The translations under genes and the position numbers were made by a program. A model generated the notes under the pieces. The model saw nothing but the letters and a program-made list of their open reading frames with translations, was not told where the DNA came from and searched no databases. A stretch of 63,959 nt of DNA, filler included, from Octopus bimaculoides (lineage: Eukaryota): NCBI RefSeq assembly GCF_001194135.2. It is 5 parts of 5 records of this genome, joined end to end, with 100 filler letters (N's around TTAATTAATTAA, not from the genome) between each part and the next. Parts side by side here need not be neighbours in the genome. Positions count along the whole stretch, not along the records: positions 58,981 to 62,835 come from NW_026334348.1; positions 62,936 to 63,959 come from NW_026326374.1; 3 more parts are not named here. The stretch is one strand, 5' to 3'. Of this stretch, positions 62,650-63,959 are shown in pieces (the stretch's first letter is position 1; each line of letters begins with the position of its first letter).

Positions 62650-62805
62650 CGACGGGCTTCTTTCAGTTTCCGTCTACCATATCCAGCCACAAGGCTTTGG
62701 TCGGCCCGAGGCTATAGTAGAAGACACTGGCCCAAGGTGCAATGCAGTGGAACTGAACCCAGAACCAAGTGGATGGTGAGCAAGCTACTTATCACACAGC
62801 AACTA
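62650..62805 (-). mobile_element. SINE family B 5' half
   Basis: gacgggcttctttcagtttccgtctacc...aaggctttggtcggcccgaggctatagtagaagacactggcccaaggtgc. Confidence 0.88.
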
Positions 62806-62835
62806 CGAATACATATAATATATATATATATATAT

Positions 62836-62935
62836 NNNNNNNNNNNNNNNNNNNNNNNNNNNNNNNNNNNNNNNNNNNNTTAATTAATTAANNNNNNNNN
62901 NNNNNNNNNNNNNNNNNNNNNNNNNNNNNNNNNNN
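62836..62935. other. Artificial scaffold-joining pad N44-TTAATTAATTAA-N44
   Basis: Linker at 62880-62891. Confidence 0.95.
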
Positions 62936-63101
62936 AATAATAGAAATGAGAAAATTAATCATCAAAGAAAGCGGTGAAATACACTTAAACATACCATAAC
63001 ACATATTAGAGGAAACAAGTAGAAAAACAATAATATATAAAATAATAAACACTAAAAATAGAAGGCCGGAACAGGCCAGTATAGATAAAATTCAAAAATG
63101 T

Positions 63102-63959
63102 TTGCAATCAATTTGGGATAAAAAATCATATATTACTTGGTATAGATTTGCACAGGTACAGGTGATTTTTCGAAATGAAGAGTTGGCGAAGAGGTATTCA
63201 ACGCTGACTCTTCATACACCAGAAATAACAGTGTTACCCAGTTACCTTGGCCAAAAGGTAACAAAGGTAACAATAAAACACGCACCTCCAACAATAGACA
63301 CACTATGGTTGATATCGGCCATATGTGTCGACATGGACAATATAAACATACTTAAAATAAACGTTGGAGAAAGCAACTGGACGGGAAAAAACATACAAAT
63401 CCTGTTGCACACAAACGAACAAGAAAAAAAAAATCTCACCATACATCCGTTTGGCAACAAATCAAAAGTTACATATAGTGGTAGAGGGCAGGCGGCCTCG
63501 CTGTAACTTATGCGACAGCGAGGCACACCTCAAAAAGGAGTGTCCGACTGCCCGAAAAACACAACAACAACAACAAGAACTAACTAAACACATAAAAAAA
63601 GCCTTGCTGCCCACACCTCCATCCACACAAAAATCAACAAAAGCAACATTAACATCAACGAAAGAAAATACAACAAAAACTGCAAATTAACAAACAAAGA
63701 AGACGAAAAAAGAAAAGACAATACAAAAACTGATACCCCTTCCCCCACATCACTTACACCACAACCAAAAATTAAACAACCACCAACAACAAAAACAACA
63801 ACACAACCACTTACACAAGCAAACGCAGATCCATACAACATGCCCCTACCTCCTTCCGATTCCTCAGAGTTTTCATCTGAAGACGAGTGAAGTAATGAGG
63901 AATGGAAACTAGCCCAAAAAGGAAGGAGGAAGAGGAGCAAAAAAAGAAAAACGAACAAC
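63102..63959 (+). pseudogene. Non-LTR retrotransposon ORF1 (gag-like, CCHC zinc knuckle), frameshifted
   Basis: RFAQVQVIFRNEELAK...LPSYLGQKVTKVTI; after a shift in an A-run it reads HIVVEGRRPRCNLCDSEAHLKKECP (C-X2-C-X4-H-X4-C), followed by a T/K/P/Q-rich low-complexity tail. Confidence 0.75.

Overview
Gene-poor, AT-rich eukaryotic DNA crowded with microsatellites, about 19 large N gaps and decayed transposons. The repeat repertoire (several tRNA-headed SINE families, mariner/Tc1/pogo relics, R2-superfamily and CR1/jockey-like LINE relics, MITEs) suggests a coleoid cephalopod, most likely Octopus; this is an inference from recalled repeat families, not a database result. I found no intact host protein-coding gene, rRNA, tRNA or CRISPR array, and nearly all ORFs in the supplied track are microsatellite or N-gap artefacts. 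Four identical 100-bp pads (N44-TTAATTAATTAA-N44) show that the window was stitched from five separately assembled pieces, so adjacency across them is not guaranteed. The most interesting signals are: (1) a three-copy family of minimal hammerhead-ribozyme-like motifs with a palindromic stem III, one copy at the 3' end of a probable Penelope-like relic; (2) a CpG-rich two-state heptamer array, ATACGC(A/G); (3) a SINE whose internal microsatellite has captured a hairpin MITE and a mariner, with part of the nest tandemly duplicated; (4) a DD37E Tc1-related transposon; (5) a repeat-poor 2-kb island with clustered Pbx/Hox/Meis-type sites and possible splice signals. Family names come from recalled motifs, and coordinates of degraded elements are approximate.
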